Of a stretch of DNA of 64,000 bases, positions 12,201 through 20,748 are shown one piece after another. The notes below the pieces were generated by a model. That model was not told where the DNA came from, did not search any database, and saw nothing but the letters and a program-made list of their open reading frames with translations. The stretch's first letter is position 1. The number at the start of each line of letters is the position of its first letter. A program made the translations under genes and the position numbers. The stretch comes from Pelagomonas calceolata. Taxonomy: Eukaryota. The DNA is taken from the NCBI GenBank assembly GCA_918797485.1, contig CAKKNE010000001.1, positions 2,294,001-2,358,000 on the forward strand, in the 5' to 3' direction.

Positions 12201-15200
12201 TGCTGCGGCAGCAAGCCGAGCGCGTCCGCCGTGTCCGCCTCCTGCGAATCGTAGCAGCACGCCCGGATAATGTCAGCACGCCCGAGCGTGATTGCCAGGG
12301 ACAGGCCCGTGCGGCCGAGCCGGTCGAGCTGCGCGCGGCCGCCGGCCCCCACGCGCTCGTCGAGAGCCGCGAACCTCGCCCGGGTCGCGACGCGCGCCAG
12401 GGTGGCTTTGACGCAGTCGGGCACGCGGCGCGACAGGAAGGCGGCGTTTTCCCTATCGAAGCGGCTCTGCATCTTCCTCGCGAGCGCCGCCGTCTCTCTG
12501 ATTTTATCAGAGTTGGGCGCGCGGTCGCAATAAGCGAGGGCGTTCGTGAACACGAGCTTCACGTCATTCGCGAAGGCTTCGGCGTCGGGGTAATTGCTAA
12601 ACTGCGCGCGAAGCGTGCCCAGGTCCATCGGGTTCTTCCCCGACGTCAAGGGCGAGGGCTCGGCGAACTTCGCGTCGACGTCCATGGCCTTGAGGGAGTC
12701 CAGGATACTCAGGCAGGCCTCGCGCCACCCGCTGCCGCGCATCTCCCACGCGCGGTCCGACGCGGCCGTCTTCTGGAGCGCGGGTACGCTTTCCAGCTCC
12801 TTGAGCTCGACGTTGCGCGAGTCGGGGGCGACGCGGCAGCCCGCCACGGCGTAGTGCCGCACGCCGAAGGGGAACGGGAACGGCGACCCCTCGCAGGCGC
12901 CCTCCTTGCGCAGGACCGAGATGAGCCAGTCCGACGACGCGCCGGCCGAGACGATGCTGCGGACGATCCGGCCGTTATCACCGAGGACGAGGTGCTCGAT
13001 GACCTCGCGCCGCCGCGAGGCGTCCGTCGTGTCGAGCGCCGCCCGCACCAGTTCCTCGAAGAGTCTCGGTAGCGCCCGCGCCGCCGTGCGCACTGCCTTG
13101 CACGCGTCCTCCACTTTCACCAGCGTCGCCCCCTCGAGGGACTGGCTGGCCTGGACCTCCTTGAGCTGCGCCGCGCAGTCGGTCGCCAGGGCGGGGGGCG
13201 CGACGACGAGCAGGTCGTAGGCGTGGCGGAGTCGGTCCGGCACGTCGTCTCCTCTCGCGGATCCGCCCAGGACGCTGTCCTCTCCCGCCTCGCGGACGAG
13301 TCGCACGAGCACCTTCCGCGCCGCCTCGGACCGCCAGAGGAGGCGCTGCTTCGGCGCCAGCGCCGCCTCGCGACGCTCTCTCGCCTCCTCTTGCTCCCGT
13401 TCATCCTTGGACTTGGGCTTGACGCGCGTGGCCGCCTCTTTGCGCGTGGCCGCCTCTTTGCGCGTGGCGGCATCTTTACCGCCGTCATTTTGTGCCGCCT
13501 CTTTACCGTCCTCGTTTTGTGCCGTCTTCTTGGCAGCGTCCTTGAGCTTATCGCGCGCCTTTCGGAGCGTGTCGCGCACCGCCCGCATGCCGCCGTCGGT
13601 GTTGCCCAGCGCCGCGGCCGCGGTGTTCCGCACGAGCCCGTCGACGTCCAGCGGCACGGGATCGTCGACGACTCGTAGGCCGGCGATCGCGTCCAGCAAC
13701 GCCGCGTCGCCGCGGTCGAGGCCCGAGCACGCCAACTCGAGCCAGTCGGCGCGCAGCAGCGCGCGCGTTCGTGGGAGCCACGCGCCGAGCGGCCGGCCGT
13801 CCCGCGCGGCGGCCCTGACGCCGGCCATGAACGACGAAAGCTTGTGCGCCGCGCCCTCGACGGCGCGCGCCTCCAGCACGTTGTGCGCGGGCACGACGAA
13901 CGTCACCTCGCGCTTGGCCACGTAATCTCTCCCGCCCGGCGCCTTAAGCGGCTTCGGAGGCAACGTCGGCAGCGCCTTCTTCTTCTCGCGCCGCGCCGCG
14001 CGCCGCTTGGCGCGGCCGGCCCGCCACCGGTCGCACGCGATCATCAGGTGCGGCACGGCGCGGACGATTCGAAACAGCTTGACCCAGTGCTCGGCTTTTC
14101 TCGCCAGCGCAGGGTCAACGTCTTCGTCGTCGTCGATGACGGCAGATGCTTCGTCGTCGTCGCCCGACCGCCACATGCTCATGAGGCTGCCCACAATACC
14201 CCTTTTGGGACGCGCCCGAGGGTCCACGACGCCGTACGTCCCTCTCGCTCCACCAAGAACCTCCCAACCGGCGCTCAAGCGGAGCCTCCCGCCAAGCCGT
14301 TCCAAGAGCGCGAGCGTCTGCTGCGCCTCTTCGGTGTTCGGAGCTTGCCAGACGATGCCGTCCTTGTTGTCGAGGACCGTGCCCCACACGATGGTCTTGG
14401 ACCGGTCCGAGGCGCCCCGCGTCCAGATCTGCGGGTCCGCGATCGACGGGTCCTTGGTAGCCAAGGGGCCGCGTTCTTCGAGCCATCGTTTCACGAACGC
14501 GTCCTTCGGCCCGTCGAGCGCTCTGATGAGCGCGCCCTGGGTCGCATCCACGCCGGCCTCGATCGCCTTCTTGGCGTCGCCGAGCTCGGCGACGTCTCGA
14601 ATCTCCGCGCGGAGGACGGTCGCACCGCGGCCGATGATGCGCGGCGCCGTGACTTCGAGGGGGAACGACGTCTTGCCGGACCTCGCCTCAGGTGTGCCGG
14701 CGTCCCACGCCACGCGCGCGCGCTCGCCGTCAATGCGCGTGATCGTGCCCCAGCAGTCCTCAGTCAACGTGTCGCGGCTGCCGTACTTCTGGACGATTTC
14801 GGGGTCGAGGACGACTCGCGCGCCGACGGCGTGCTTCGCCCGAATCGCCTTGCGCGCCTGACGCTCGGCCGTCTGGCGCTCGTCCGCCTTTTTCTTCTCG
14901 TCCTTCCGTTTTCTATCATCTCGTTTCTTTCCCACCTCCCGGGGATCTCGCGACTCCCCGTCGGCGTTGGCCGGTCGGACTTCGAACCGGACGACCTGCT
15001 CCGCCTTGACCACGTAGGCGGCCTCGGTGCGCGGCTCGGCGCCGTCGAAGACGACGAGCTCGAGCGGAGCGACGACCTCCGCTACGACGTCGCGGACCGC
15101 CTCGAACTTGGTCTCCGTCTTCTCCACGCCACCGTCGTCGTCGTCCGAGTCCGCCTCCCTCTCCAGTATTTTCAACAAGCCGTGGCCCCAGCTCTTGATG

Positions 15201-16603
15201 CGGATTTTATCCTTCTCTTTCAGCGGCCGTTGGAGGCCCCCGGCGCCGTACCCCGCGAGCGCATTGACAATCTCGACGTCGGCCTCGTCGGCGTCGAGGC
15301 CGCCGTCGAGCGCGAGCGCGGCGCGTGCCCGCTTTATGCGTTCTTTTCGCTCCTTTCTGACCAATCGTCGCTCCAGGCGCCGGCACTGGCGTTCGGCGGC
15401 CGATCCCAAGTGGACGTCCCCCGTCGCCTTGACCGCTCGCGCTTTCGCGAACATGCGCCTCGCTTGGAGCGCCGCGTTCGCCGCGCCTCCCGCCTTTCGG
15501 AGCAGCCACGCCCGGCGTTCGGCGGCTTTTTTCGGAATGCGATCGGTGGAAATCTTCTGACCCCGTATCCACTTTTCGATTGCCGCGTCGTCGAGCTTGA
15601 ACATCTTCGGCGGCTCCTCGGGCTCTTCCGGCGCGCCGGCCGAGGTTTTCAAAAGGGGAGCCACGCGCGCGTAGCGCAGCCCGGCGCCCTCGATAGCGAG
15701 GGGGTCCTCGATCATGCCTCCAGATCCCTTAACCAGGCCTTCCTTGAGGGCCTTCGACGCGCACGACCGCAGCCGTTCGGGATCGCCGCCGCTCAGCGCC
15801 CACATCTTGCGCGCGACGCCCTCGTCGTCGATGCGCTCGTACAGGCACAGGCGGCTCAGGACGTCCGAGGAAGGGCACGTCTCCCTACCCGCCGCCTCGC
15901 ACAGCTCGCGCAGGAGCACGTCGACGCTCTCTTCGACGACTCCGCCCAAGTCATCGAAATTGACCTCGTCGTCGGCCTTCTTCTCCTCGCCCTTGGCCTT
16001 CTCGCCCTTTTTCTTCTCGCCCTTCTTCGATTTCTCGGCCTTCTTGCTTAGATATCCTTCCTTCTGGCTTAGGTCTTTGGCCGCGGGCTTCGCTTTATTT
16101 TTTCGGCGCCTTCTTAGCGTCTCTCTTCGCGCCTCTTCGCGCGCCGCGACCACGGCTGACCGTCTCGCGAATGTAGCCTTCGCCGCCTCAGCTCTGCTGG
16201 CGAGGTCTTTTTTCAAGCTTGGCCACCGCAAGGCCGCGGCGCGCGGCAGCGACGCCAAGGCTTCGGCGTCTGCGCCGAGTTCTGTCGCTTGCGCGCGGCA
16301 GCACCGGTCGAGCTGCGCCGCGTCGGCCGCCGCCGGCCAGCGCTGCGTCCGGCCGGCCCGCGCGAGGCCGCGGCGCAAGGCGCGCCATGATTCCGGCGCG
16401 ACCGGCCGCCGCGGCCGCGTGATCGACGGCCGCGGCGAGGCGGAGCGGGAGGACGCGCTCGACTCCGCCCGCTGACGCGTGATCGACGGCCGCGGCGAGG
16501 CGGAGCGGGACGAAGCGCTCGACTCTGCTCGTGGCCTTTGACTCATGTCGCCGCGCGTCGCAGCGCCATCGATGAGCTGCAGGCTGCGTCGAAAGGAGCT
16601 CAT
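6233..16603 (-). CDS. Giant intronless multidomain protein (3456 aa): bromodomain, ankyrin repeats, coiled coil, UvrD/TRANK1-like SF1 helicase, RING finger, C-terminal SAM
   Basis: Bromodomain KNPMDLGTL..FANDVKLVFTNALAY. Ankyrin repeats GQTALHLAA and ECALHYAARS. Helicase motifs GRGGSGKS, LIVDEVQD, GDTAQTI, VNYRS, EAKGLEF, YVGVTRA. RING CAVC..C..HQFCLSC..CPTC. SAM LEREDWRELGVPIGHKSRI. Confidence 0.85.
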   Translation of the reverse strand: MSSFRRSLQLIDGAATRGDMSQRPRAESSASSRSASPRPSITRQRAESSASSRSASPRPSITRPRRPVAPESWRALRRGLARAGRTQRWPAAADAAQLDRCCRAQATELGADAEALASLPRAAALRWPSLKKDLASRAEAAKATFARRSAVVAAREEARRETLRRRRKNKAKPAAKDLSQKEGYLSKKAEKSKKGEKKKGEKAKGEEKKADDEVNFDDLGGVVEESVDVLLRELCEAAGRETCPSSDVLSRLCLYERIDDEGVARKMWALSGGDPERLRSCASKALKEGLVKGSGGMIEDPLAIEGAGLRYARVAPLLKTSAGAPEEPEEPPKMFKLDDAAIEKWIRGQKISTDRIPKKAAERRAWLLRKAGGAANAALQARRMFAKARAVKATGDVHLGSAAERQCRRLERRLVRKERKERIKRARAALALDGGLDADEADVEIVNALAGYGAGGLQRPLKEKDKIRIKSWGHGLLKILEREADSDDDDGGVEKTETKFEAVRDVVAEVVAPLELVVFDGAEPRTEAAYVVKAEQVVRFEVRPANADGESRDPREVGKKRDDRKRKDEKKKADERQTAERQARKAIRAKHAVGARVVLDPEIVQKYGSRDTLTEDCWGTITRIDGERARVAWDAGTPEARSGKTSFPLEVTAPRIIGRGATVLRAEIRDVAELGDAKKAIEAGVDATQGALIRALDGPKDAFVKRWLEERGPLATKDPSIADPQIWTRGASDRSKTIVWGTVLDNKDGIVWQAPNTEEAQQTLALLERLGGRLRLSAGWEVLGGARGTYGVVDPRARPKRGIVGSLMSMWRSGDDDEASAVIDDDEDVDPALARKAEHWVKLFRIVRAVPHLMIACDRWRAGRAKRRAARREKKKALPTLPPKPLKAPGGRDYVAKREVTFVVPAHNVLEARAVEGAAHKLSSFMAGVRAAARDGRPLGAWLPRTRALLRADWLELACSGLDRGDAALLDAIAGLRVVDDPVPLDVDGLVRNTAAAALGNTDGGMRAVRDTLRKARDKLKDAAKKTAQNEDGKEAAQNDGGKDAATRKEAATRKEAATRVKPKSKDEREQEEARERREAALAPKQRLLWRSEAARKVLVRLVREAGEDSVLGGSARGDDVPDRLRHAYDLLVVAPPALATDCAAQLKEVQASQSLEGATLVKVEDACKAVRTAARALPRLFEELVRAALDTTDASRRREVIEHLVLGDNGRIVRSIVSAGASSDWLISVLRKEGACEGSPFPFPFGVRHYAVAGCRVAPDSRNVELKELESVPALQKTAASDRAWEMRGSGWREACLSILDSLKAMDVDAKFAEPSPLTSGKNPMDLGTLRAQFSNYPDAEAFANDVKLVFTNALAYCDRAPNSDKIRETAALARKMQSRFDRENAAFLSRRVPDCVKATLARVATRARFAALDERVGAGGRAQLDRLGRTGLSLAITLGRADIIRACCYDSQEADTADALGLLPQHYAAMRGDVSTLDVVLDAATKGVDFPTAAGQTALHLAAVSAPQASRLMCCANLLRRGASPWRRAASGLNALDLLVYAPVAHWTTGTRAAAAANAAETIALVLAEVQPRTAPPPLPPRARRPSAYDPPPSEDESRQGTDEFLRATGVDGEAAEKLRALGPEERVRLVRRLEISAAAGAGATDLAEMILVAGEERYAATASELEHFLDPALRPVADRLALTSAAVWRLATLEPAEQKDLAYRFAEPGILDDKKDLDQFVAQAFETEKPYESLVAELILALEPHLVNAIHGLAVDLSRSCVKELRALDASTQREMAAALPTLDFRGIRDPSAYVRSLLGRATAAVEETKDFEETKDEPVAPMVSLSAWNAVVEAVTAVPCLAVAGEAEAILQGSLPVKAPLAVDLALALEFDGTDVEPLHVARDADTVRALVARGSDVNALTMSKECALHYAARSNDKAMVLALLEAGARPGPRFANVHGESPRDVAPPGSAAREAMDAHIAKLRQERAERNKSMRTAEDWSRALEALDTARSEAVRAGRDAKKADDEVDAIKRRADTVLTAKVLDNGAVETDEQLVDRLGAEATKLELELAEEKKQLQGWWQAAVGGTKVQKQRERIGKLEGALNRLRGELAALERQGEAAAQAARLRADLERLRESKYAVLRTDVASAKIRQTLTSTVTNEEDLKGGVVAAAPDASLAFLDHSTPVKLIGQAFGSFFQLPPAERAATLKALKDVASLFRKAPNTSVFLAKGRAGGTRAVHLTRGIVWQSSDDDVVDGLASTVIRVFAVDGGGADPAQFKSMLAQLFARAGQSPLRGRDVMPDPDSETGVAKWYRLTSRLAAVEVFRGTAGQPFELDGPEQQAVAGFFEDPRPLVLNGRGGSGKSLIAYRVIIEAYDRAMRAGKPPPRMVVVTGSARLRDAFQSQFDAYLKVAHPLAAATRTKSLDVAALPPGPSFFTTAQLLAALDATLAEPFRRTVLLKKAKSAVPTTLVGKPWVDAYEDKEKRKDNESATLDLAEIYSVVKGSSAALAAGRPLKRAEYEALPRRDTAFDGHGRRAFYGRYEQYEKALKADGHHDSLDIVLHVAARLARKPLYDALIVDEVQDFPHATIELLLRLASDPNATLWGGDTAQTIARTRFRFYKLADLLRRHASEPRVVELEVNYRSTQEVLDVSNVFVAALCSQFEGHVDKLPREVAPFRGNFKVRLLRGSDWEAIGDAVFGDGTREEVSEFGAQQCVIVPDEAAKRNLPPSFAGALCFTPLEAKGLEFHTAFILDAFRDTDAGWWQALAEDGRFLGLVGDAGATDGKPDPQLSADLARVAELKSTYVGVTRACVRLFFIDTNTHGRQPFYELLLRRDFAKWHEGQDFDEGLGVATSRRRWRARGDELLARIKEGDESIADQAALCFAKTGDKATESFCRGVEWRRAARREADEERVVDLQLAAACAFARGGALDACADLLAQLGKDDLADECRDADGAARLIADARAAERERAEVADRVVEVCKAATLATRHAASNARRAARECRQAQAAIVAQEQRAEAQEAERRARELAARRKQREKEEAERRAEAAKQRAAEEAVAAEKRRAEVARIEAARREAERQAKAERQARAEEKARVAKERHEREAQQRAEAYRLQREAAAQRREAERRTADVERMARERREAEREERKRATREREERERLAIERLAAQRRAERENEEASLALARRLMAEDAAAAGETLLPQPAAAAPRSREAIVAVLADWIATQPGRTARSCDIPKFFKAHPELRKPEKGYQWLTAKLLASQGLSRRPGNGYFIIECAAGTDSFSEPGGDDDQTCAVCMDRVPDHRVDCPAEHQFCLSCIREWFDRLNTSCPTCKRDVTGAFPLVQRAAATVRQPPRQPVPTPPPTRRQVVSPETTPATPVWGNQPPPPPPPPPPPPGPGDSEAAKNRAMAELLRSLDDFEQRYAQLFEDNMVTIDCIAHLEREDWRELGVPIGHKSRIISRVRELHPDLW
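13424..13525 (-). repeat. In-frame tandem repeats (K(E/D)AATR x3; AQNxxGKxA x2)
   Basis: 18-bp unit cgcgtggccgcctctttg is repeated, next to a 27-bp duplication. Confidence 0.8.
16416..16529 (-). repeat. 60-bp-period in-frame duplication encoding RAESSASSRSASPRPSITR x2
   Basis: cgcgtgatcgacggccgcggcgaggcggagcggga occurs at 16416 and 16476. Confidence 0.9.
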
Positions 16604-17180
16604 TTGGATCTTATCTCCGGACTTGGCTTACAGCCGCAGCGGCTGCGCTGCGCCTCGCTGCGCGCTGCGCGCTGCAGTAGTGCGCGCAGGTGACACTCTG
16701 AAGCTCACCGGCGCTGCTCCCAGAGCGCTGGGAGATGCTCTGCGCGCGCGCTCCCGCACCAAAGTCAAAAATGCCAAAACAGGTTTTTCATGCGATGTTT
16801 GAGATATATATATAAAGTACCCCTTCAAGGGAGACCAAGTGAACCATCTACAGCCACAGCCACATAAGCAAATAATTGAATAGAAATTTTTACTTATATA
16901 TATTCACACAAAAGCCCTCTATATATACGCGGTGTTGTCCCGTACTAAGCCTGGTATACCAAAGTATATACCCCGTCAAGAAAATGTATCGGGTCTTTGC
17001 TCGTATGCGGGGCATACATGTGGAAGTATGGAAAACCCATTACCAGATGAGGGGGACTGCGTTTCGACCGGGGGAAAGGGTCTCGGCGCTCGGCACCGAC
17101 GTACCGTCAGGTATACATATACCCCTTCACGAAAATCCATCGCGATGCGCCCTGCCTGACTAACTTTTATTCACCAAATG

Positions 17181-18617
17181 TTACGCCAACGCCGCATACC
17201 CCTCGCCCACAGACGAGTCCGGCTTCGACACGCCGCCGAGTTCCTCGGCGGCGACGTCGTCGTAGTAGACAAACCGGAAAGCCATGAGGCCGAAGAGCGC
17301 GCCGATGGGTGGTGCCACCCAGTAGATCCACGCGTCGGCAAGATTCGAGTCCGACACAAAGACGAGCAGGCCGACGGCGGGGTTAAAGCATCCGCCCGAC
17401 GCGCCGCCGACGGCGGCCCCCGCGCCGAGGATCGCGAAACCGATCGCCAGCGCGAAGTACATGTTATCCCTTGTACTTTCCACGGTCGCCGTGCCCAAAA
17501 CAACGAGCACGACCAGGCACGTCCCGACCATCTCGCCGAGGAACGCGGAGCCCATGTCGCTGCCGCTGCCGACCGAGGGATGACCGACCTTGTGGTCGCC
17601 GACGAGTATTGCGGCGGCCGTGCCGCCCGCGGCCAGGGCGCCCGCGACTTGCGCCGCGATGTACAATAGCAGCGTCGAGGGCTTGAAGATCGGCGCCAGG
17701 TCCGTGCCGAAGTTCCGAAAGGCCACGGCCAGCGCCACGACGGGGTTGAAGCACCCGCCCGACACCGGGCCGCCGGCGTAGGTCATCGCCGCGTAGGCGC
17801 AGCCCACGGCAAGGGGCGAGATATGGATGCCCGGCGACGTGAACGCGTAGACCAAGCAAACGAAGAAGGTGCCCACGGCCTCGACCATGAAGGTCACGTA
17901 CGTGCCCTGCGACACTATTTGAGCGGACTGGCCCGACTCCTCCGCCGCGTCGACCAGCGTCGTCAGCTTGAAGACGAGGCCGGCGATGGCCGCCCCGATC
18001 GGCGGCCCAAAAATATAAATGTAGGCCTGCTTCGCGCCGTCCCAGTCTCCGTTGATGAACGCTAATAACCCGATCGCCGGATTTAACGCGCATCCGGAGA
18101 TCTCCCCCGTGGCAATGAGTGCGGCGGTGTAGGCCAGACCAATAGCCAACCCAAAATAGCCGTTGCCCGCGACCTCGTCTCGGGTGGAAACGTGCAAAAT
18201 CACGAAGGCGAGCATGAACGTAAAGAGCATCTCCGTCGCGAACGCGTTCCAGTCGTCGATGTCATCCGCCGGCGTCGGGTAGGCGTTGTTGCTGAAGGCG
18301 AAGACGCCGCCCGCAATGACGGCGGCGCAGATCGCGGCCAAGGCTTGCGTCAGCATGTATAACGTGGCGTTCTTCGCGCTGATGATGTTGCCCCTCACTA
18401 ACAATGCGACGGTCGTCGCGGGGTTGTAGTGCGCGCCGGACACGGGCCCGCCGGCATACACCACTCCCGCGTACGTCGCGCCCACCGCCAGCGGCGCGAT
18501 CGACCACTCCATGTGCGTCTTGCACGCGTACGCGAAGCAGAGGAAGAAGGTCCCGATGAACTCGCATTTCAGGCGCTGCAGGTCCTTGAAGCTCAGCCAG
18601 TCGGGCAGGCGCGGCAT
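17181..18617 (-). CDS. Tandem double aquaporin/MIP (two MIP domains in one 478-aa polypeptide)
   Basis: Four signature boxes: SGAHYNPA, GCALNPA, SGGCFNPV, GGCFNPA. The helix-1 motif is duplicated (EFIGTFF / EAVGTFF). Confidence 0.9.
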   Translation of the reverse strand: MPRLPDWLSFKDLQRLKCEFIGTFFLCFAYACKTHMEWSIAPLAVGATYAGVVYAGGPVSGAHYNPATTVALLVRGNIISAKNATLYMLTQALAAICAAVIAGGVFAFSNNAYPTPADDIDDWNAFATEMLFTFMLAFVILHVSTRDEVAGNGYFGLAIGLAYTAALIATGEISGCALNPAIGLLAFINGDWDGAKQAYIYIFGPPIGAAIAGLVFKLTTLVDAAEESGQSAQIVSQGTYVTFMVEAVGTFFVCLVYAFTSPGIHISPLAVGCAYAAMTYAGGPVSGGCFNPVVALAVAFRNFGTDLAPIFKPSTLLLYIAAQVAGALAAGGTAAAILVGDHKVGHPSVGSGSDMGSAFLGEMVGTCLVVLVVLGTATVESTRDNMYFALAIGFAILGAGAAVGGASGGCFNPAVGLLVFVSDSNLADAWIYWVAPPIGALFGLMAFRFVYYDDVAAEELGGVSKPDSSVGEGYAALA

Positions 18618-19009
18618 CGTCTTTCGTAGAGCCGCGGCGGCGGCGTCTGCGCTCCAAGCTCGGTGGGCTCAGTATGTAGGGACCGTGCGACGACGCGGCG
18701 GCGTCGAGGCTGGGTCCCGGCCAGAAACAACCAAAAACACGAACGGGGCTGCCTCGAGACGGCTAGAAGGTGCCGTACCAGCAAATGAGCCGCGGCGCGC
18801 GAGGGGCGCGATGACAGAAGATACATTTTCAGACTGTTATGGGGACCCCGGGACCCACAGGCGTCCCAAAAACCACACCACCCGTCACCACACGCCTCGC
18901 TCCGCCCGCCGAGGCCTTTCGGGACGCCAGCCGGGCAACTTACTAGGCATCCATCGCGGCTTTGTCACCGGGATCCAGGTTTTTCAGCCAGCCGAGGGAC
19001 GCGGAGACC

Positions 19010-20275
19010 ATGCCGCTCCCCATCAACTTCAACGCGGTGCTCTCGGAGCTGCTCGCCCAGTTCCTCTTCGTGTTCATCTGCGCGTCCGCAGCGTCCGCGC
19101 CAATCGCTTCGATCGCCGCGCGAGGCAGCCCGCGCGCGCGCGCGCGGCGGGGGGACGCTGCCCCCCGGCCGCGCCCGGGGCCCCCGCGCTCGGGCCGCGC
19201 CGCGCCGGGCGCCGGGCGCCCGGGCCTGGCGCCCCTCACCGAACGCGGCGGGCGCACGCGGAAACCGCCTTTCTGGAAGGCAGTACATCACCACGCGCAC
19301 AACGCAGGCACGGGCTGCGCCACGGGTGTCGCCAACGAGCCGGGCTGGATCCAGCAGGTGTCGCTCACGTTCGGCCTGACGATCACGGTACTAGCGTACA
19401 CGATCGGCGGCCGGTCGGGCGGCCACATCAATGGCGCCGTGACGCTCGGCCTCTTCGCCGCCAAGCAGATCAAGGCGCCCAACGGGTCGTCGGAGTACAA
19501 GGACGCGGCGCCCCAGGCCGTCGCGAACATCCTCGCGCAGCTCCTGGGCTCGACGATCGGCTCCGCCGCGCTCTCGACGATCGTGGACCAGAAGGCCGAC
19601 CTGACGGGCGGCCTCGGCACGAACGGCGTCTCGGACAACTACTCGCAGGGCGAGGCCTTCTTCGGCGAGATCATCATGACCTTCGTGCTCATGTACGTCG
19701 TGCTCGAGACGGCGTGCAACCCCAAGAACGCGGGCAACATCGTGCTCGCGCCCGTGGCCATCGGCTTCGCCGTCTACCTCGGCCACGTCGTGCTCATCCC
19801 CATCGACGGCTGCTCGATCAACCCGACGCGGTCCTTCGGCCCGGCGGTCGTCGCCTCGGCGCAGGGCCGGACCGAGTCGTCGCGCTGGAAGGACTGGTGG
19901 GTCTGGACCTTCGGCCCCTGCCTCGGCGCGCTCATCGCCGTGGCCTACTACAAGCTCGTCGAGAAGGTCGCCGAGTTCGACTCCACGGAGCAGCAGGTCG
20001 GCACGGACCTCGAGGGCGGCGGCGACGCGGCCAAGGCCTTCGAGAAGGTGTCGGAGTTCGCCGGCAAGATGGCCGCCGACGGCCAGGCCAACCCCTGCGA
20101 GGGCCTCGAGAACGCGGCGCAGCTCGAGCTCTTCGTCGACCACTCGAAGAAGGTCGTCGAGCACATCGAGCACCAGGCCAAGGCGCACGAGGCGCGCGTG
20201 CTCACGGCGGCGGCGCGCAAGCAGCTCCAGGAGATCGACGACACGGCCGTCGGCGGGCCCGGCGGCGACGAGTAG
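19010..20275 (+). CDS. Aquaporin/MIP with non-canonical NGA/NPT boxes and a ~100-aa C-terminal tail; 2 exons (19010-19079, 19308-20275), ~345 aa
   Basis: ELLAQFLFVFIC|TGCA, SGGHINGAVT, GCSINPTRSFGPA, WVWTFGP. Confidence 0.85.
   Translation: MPLPINFNAVLSELLAQFLFVFICASAASAPIASIAARGSPRARARRGDAAPRPRPGPPRSGRAAPGAGRPGLAPLTERGGRTRKPPFWKAVHHHAHNAGTGCATGVANEPGWIQQVSLTFGLTITVLAYTIGGRSGGHINGAVTLGLFAAKQIKAPNGSSEYKDAAPQAVANILAQLLGSTIGSAALSTIVDQKADLTGGLGTNGVSDNYSQGEAFFGEIIMTFVLMYVVLETACNPKNAGNIVLAPVAIGFAVYLGHVVLIPIDGCSINPTRSFGPAVVASAQGRTESSRWKDWWVWTFGPCLGALIAVAYYKLVEKVAEFDSTEQQVGTDLEGGGDAAKAFEKVSEFAGKMAADGQANPCEGLENAAQLELFVDHSKKVVEHIEHQAKAHEARVLTAAARKQLQEIDDTAVGGPGGDE
19080..19307 (+). other. Probable GC-AG intron, 228 nt, in frame and stop-free
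   Basis: t|GCGCGT...ACGCAG|gc. Removing it deletes a 76-aa Arg/Pro/Gly low-complexity insert from transmembrane helix 1. Confidence 0.7.
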
Positions 20276-20689
20276 GCCGGCGCCCACCCTATATCCCCTT
20301 AACCTCCCCCCCTCCCCCCTCCGCCCCGCCCCTAGGCGCGCGTGGCGCACGCTGGCCTAAATTCACAGACCTGTGTTCCTGTCCTGGCGCCTTGGCCCGC
20401 CGATGCCGTTTTTTTTTGCGGGATTTGATCAAATTTGCGGCTCCCGCGCGAGGAAATCCCGCGTAGAGAGCTAGCGGTAAGACACTAGCAAGCACTCCCC
20501 GATTTATGACCCGGGCAGTTTTACTAGCCTGTACCGTGCAAGTTGAAAACGCGAGTGGGCAAAAATCGCTCCTCGCATCGCCTCGTTGCTGTGCTGCCGT
20601 ATTACTATCGACGCTAGCTGCTCAAACCACAGCGCAGCAGCGTAGCCTCCATAGACAGAATCGATCAATTACTCGCCGCAAGCGCAAGC

Positions 20690-20748
20690 TTGATCAAGAA
20701 ATAACACGTTTGAGACAAGGCAAGCTTAATTGATCAAGAAATAACACG
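20690..20748 (+). repeat. 19-bp perfect direct repeat TTGATCAAGAAATAACACG (40-bp period) just upstream of an ATG
   Basis: Copies at 20690-20708 and 20730-20748, both preceded by CAAGCT and followed by nnTGAG. Confidence 0.9.

Noticed and set aside
13844..16051. 735-aa plus-strand ORF and the many other ORFs overlapping the giant gene
   Set aside because: Antisense or alternate-frame ORFs are expected in very GC-rich coding DNA, and these show no recognisable motifs.
18511..20466. 651-aa Arg/Gly-rich ORF over the second aquaporin
   Set aside because: An off-frame artefact of extreme GC3; the MIP frame carries the conserved motifs.
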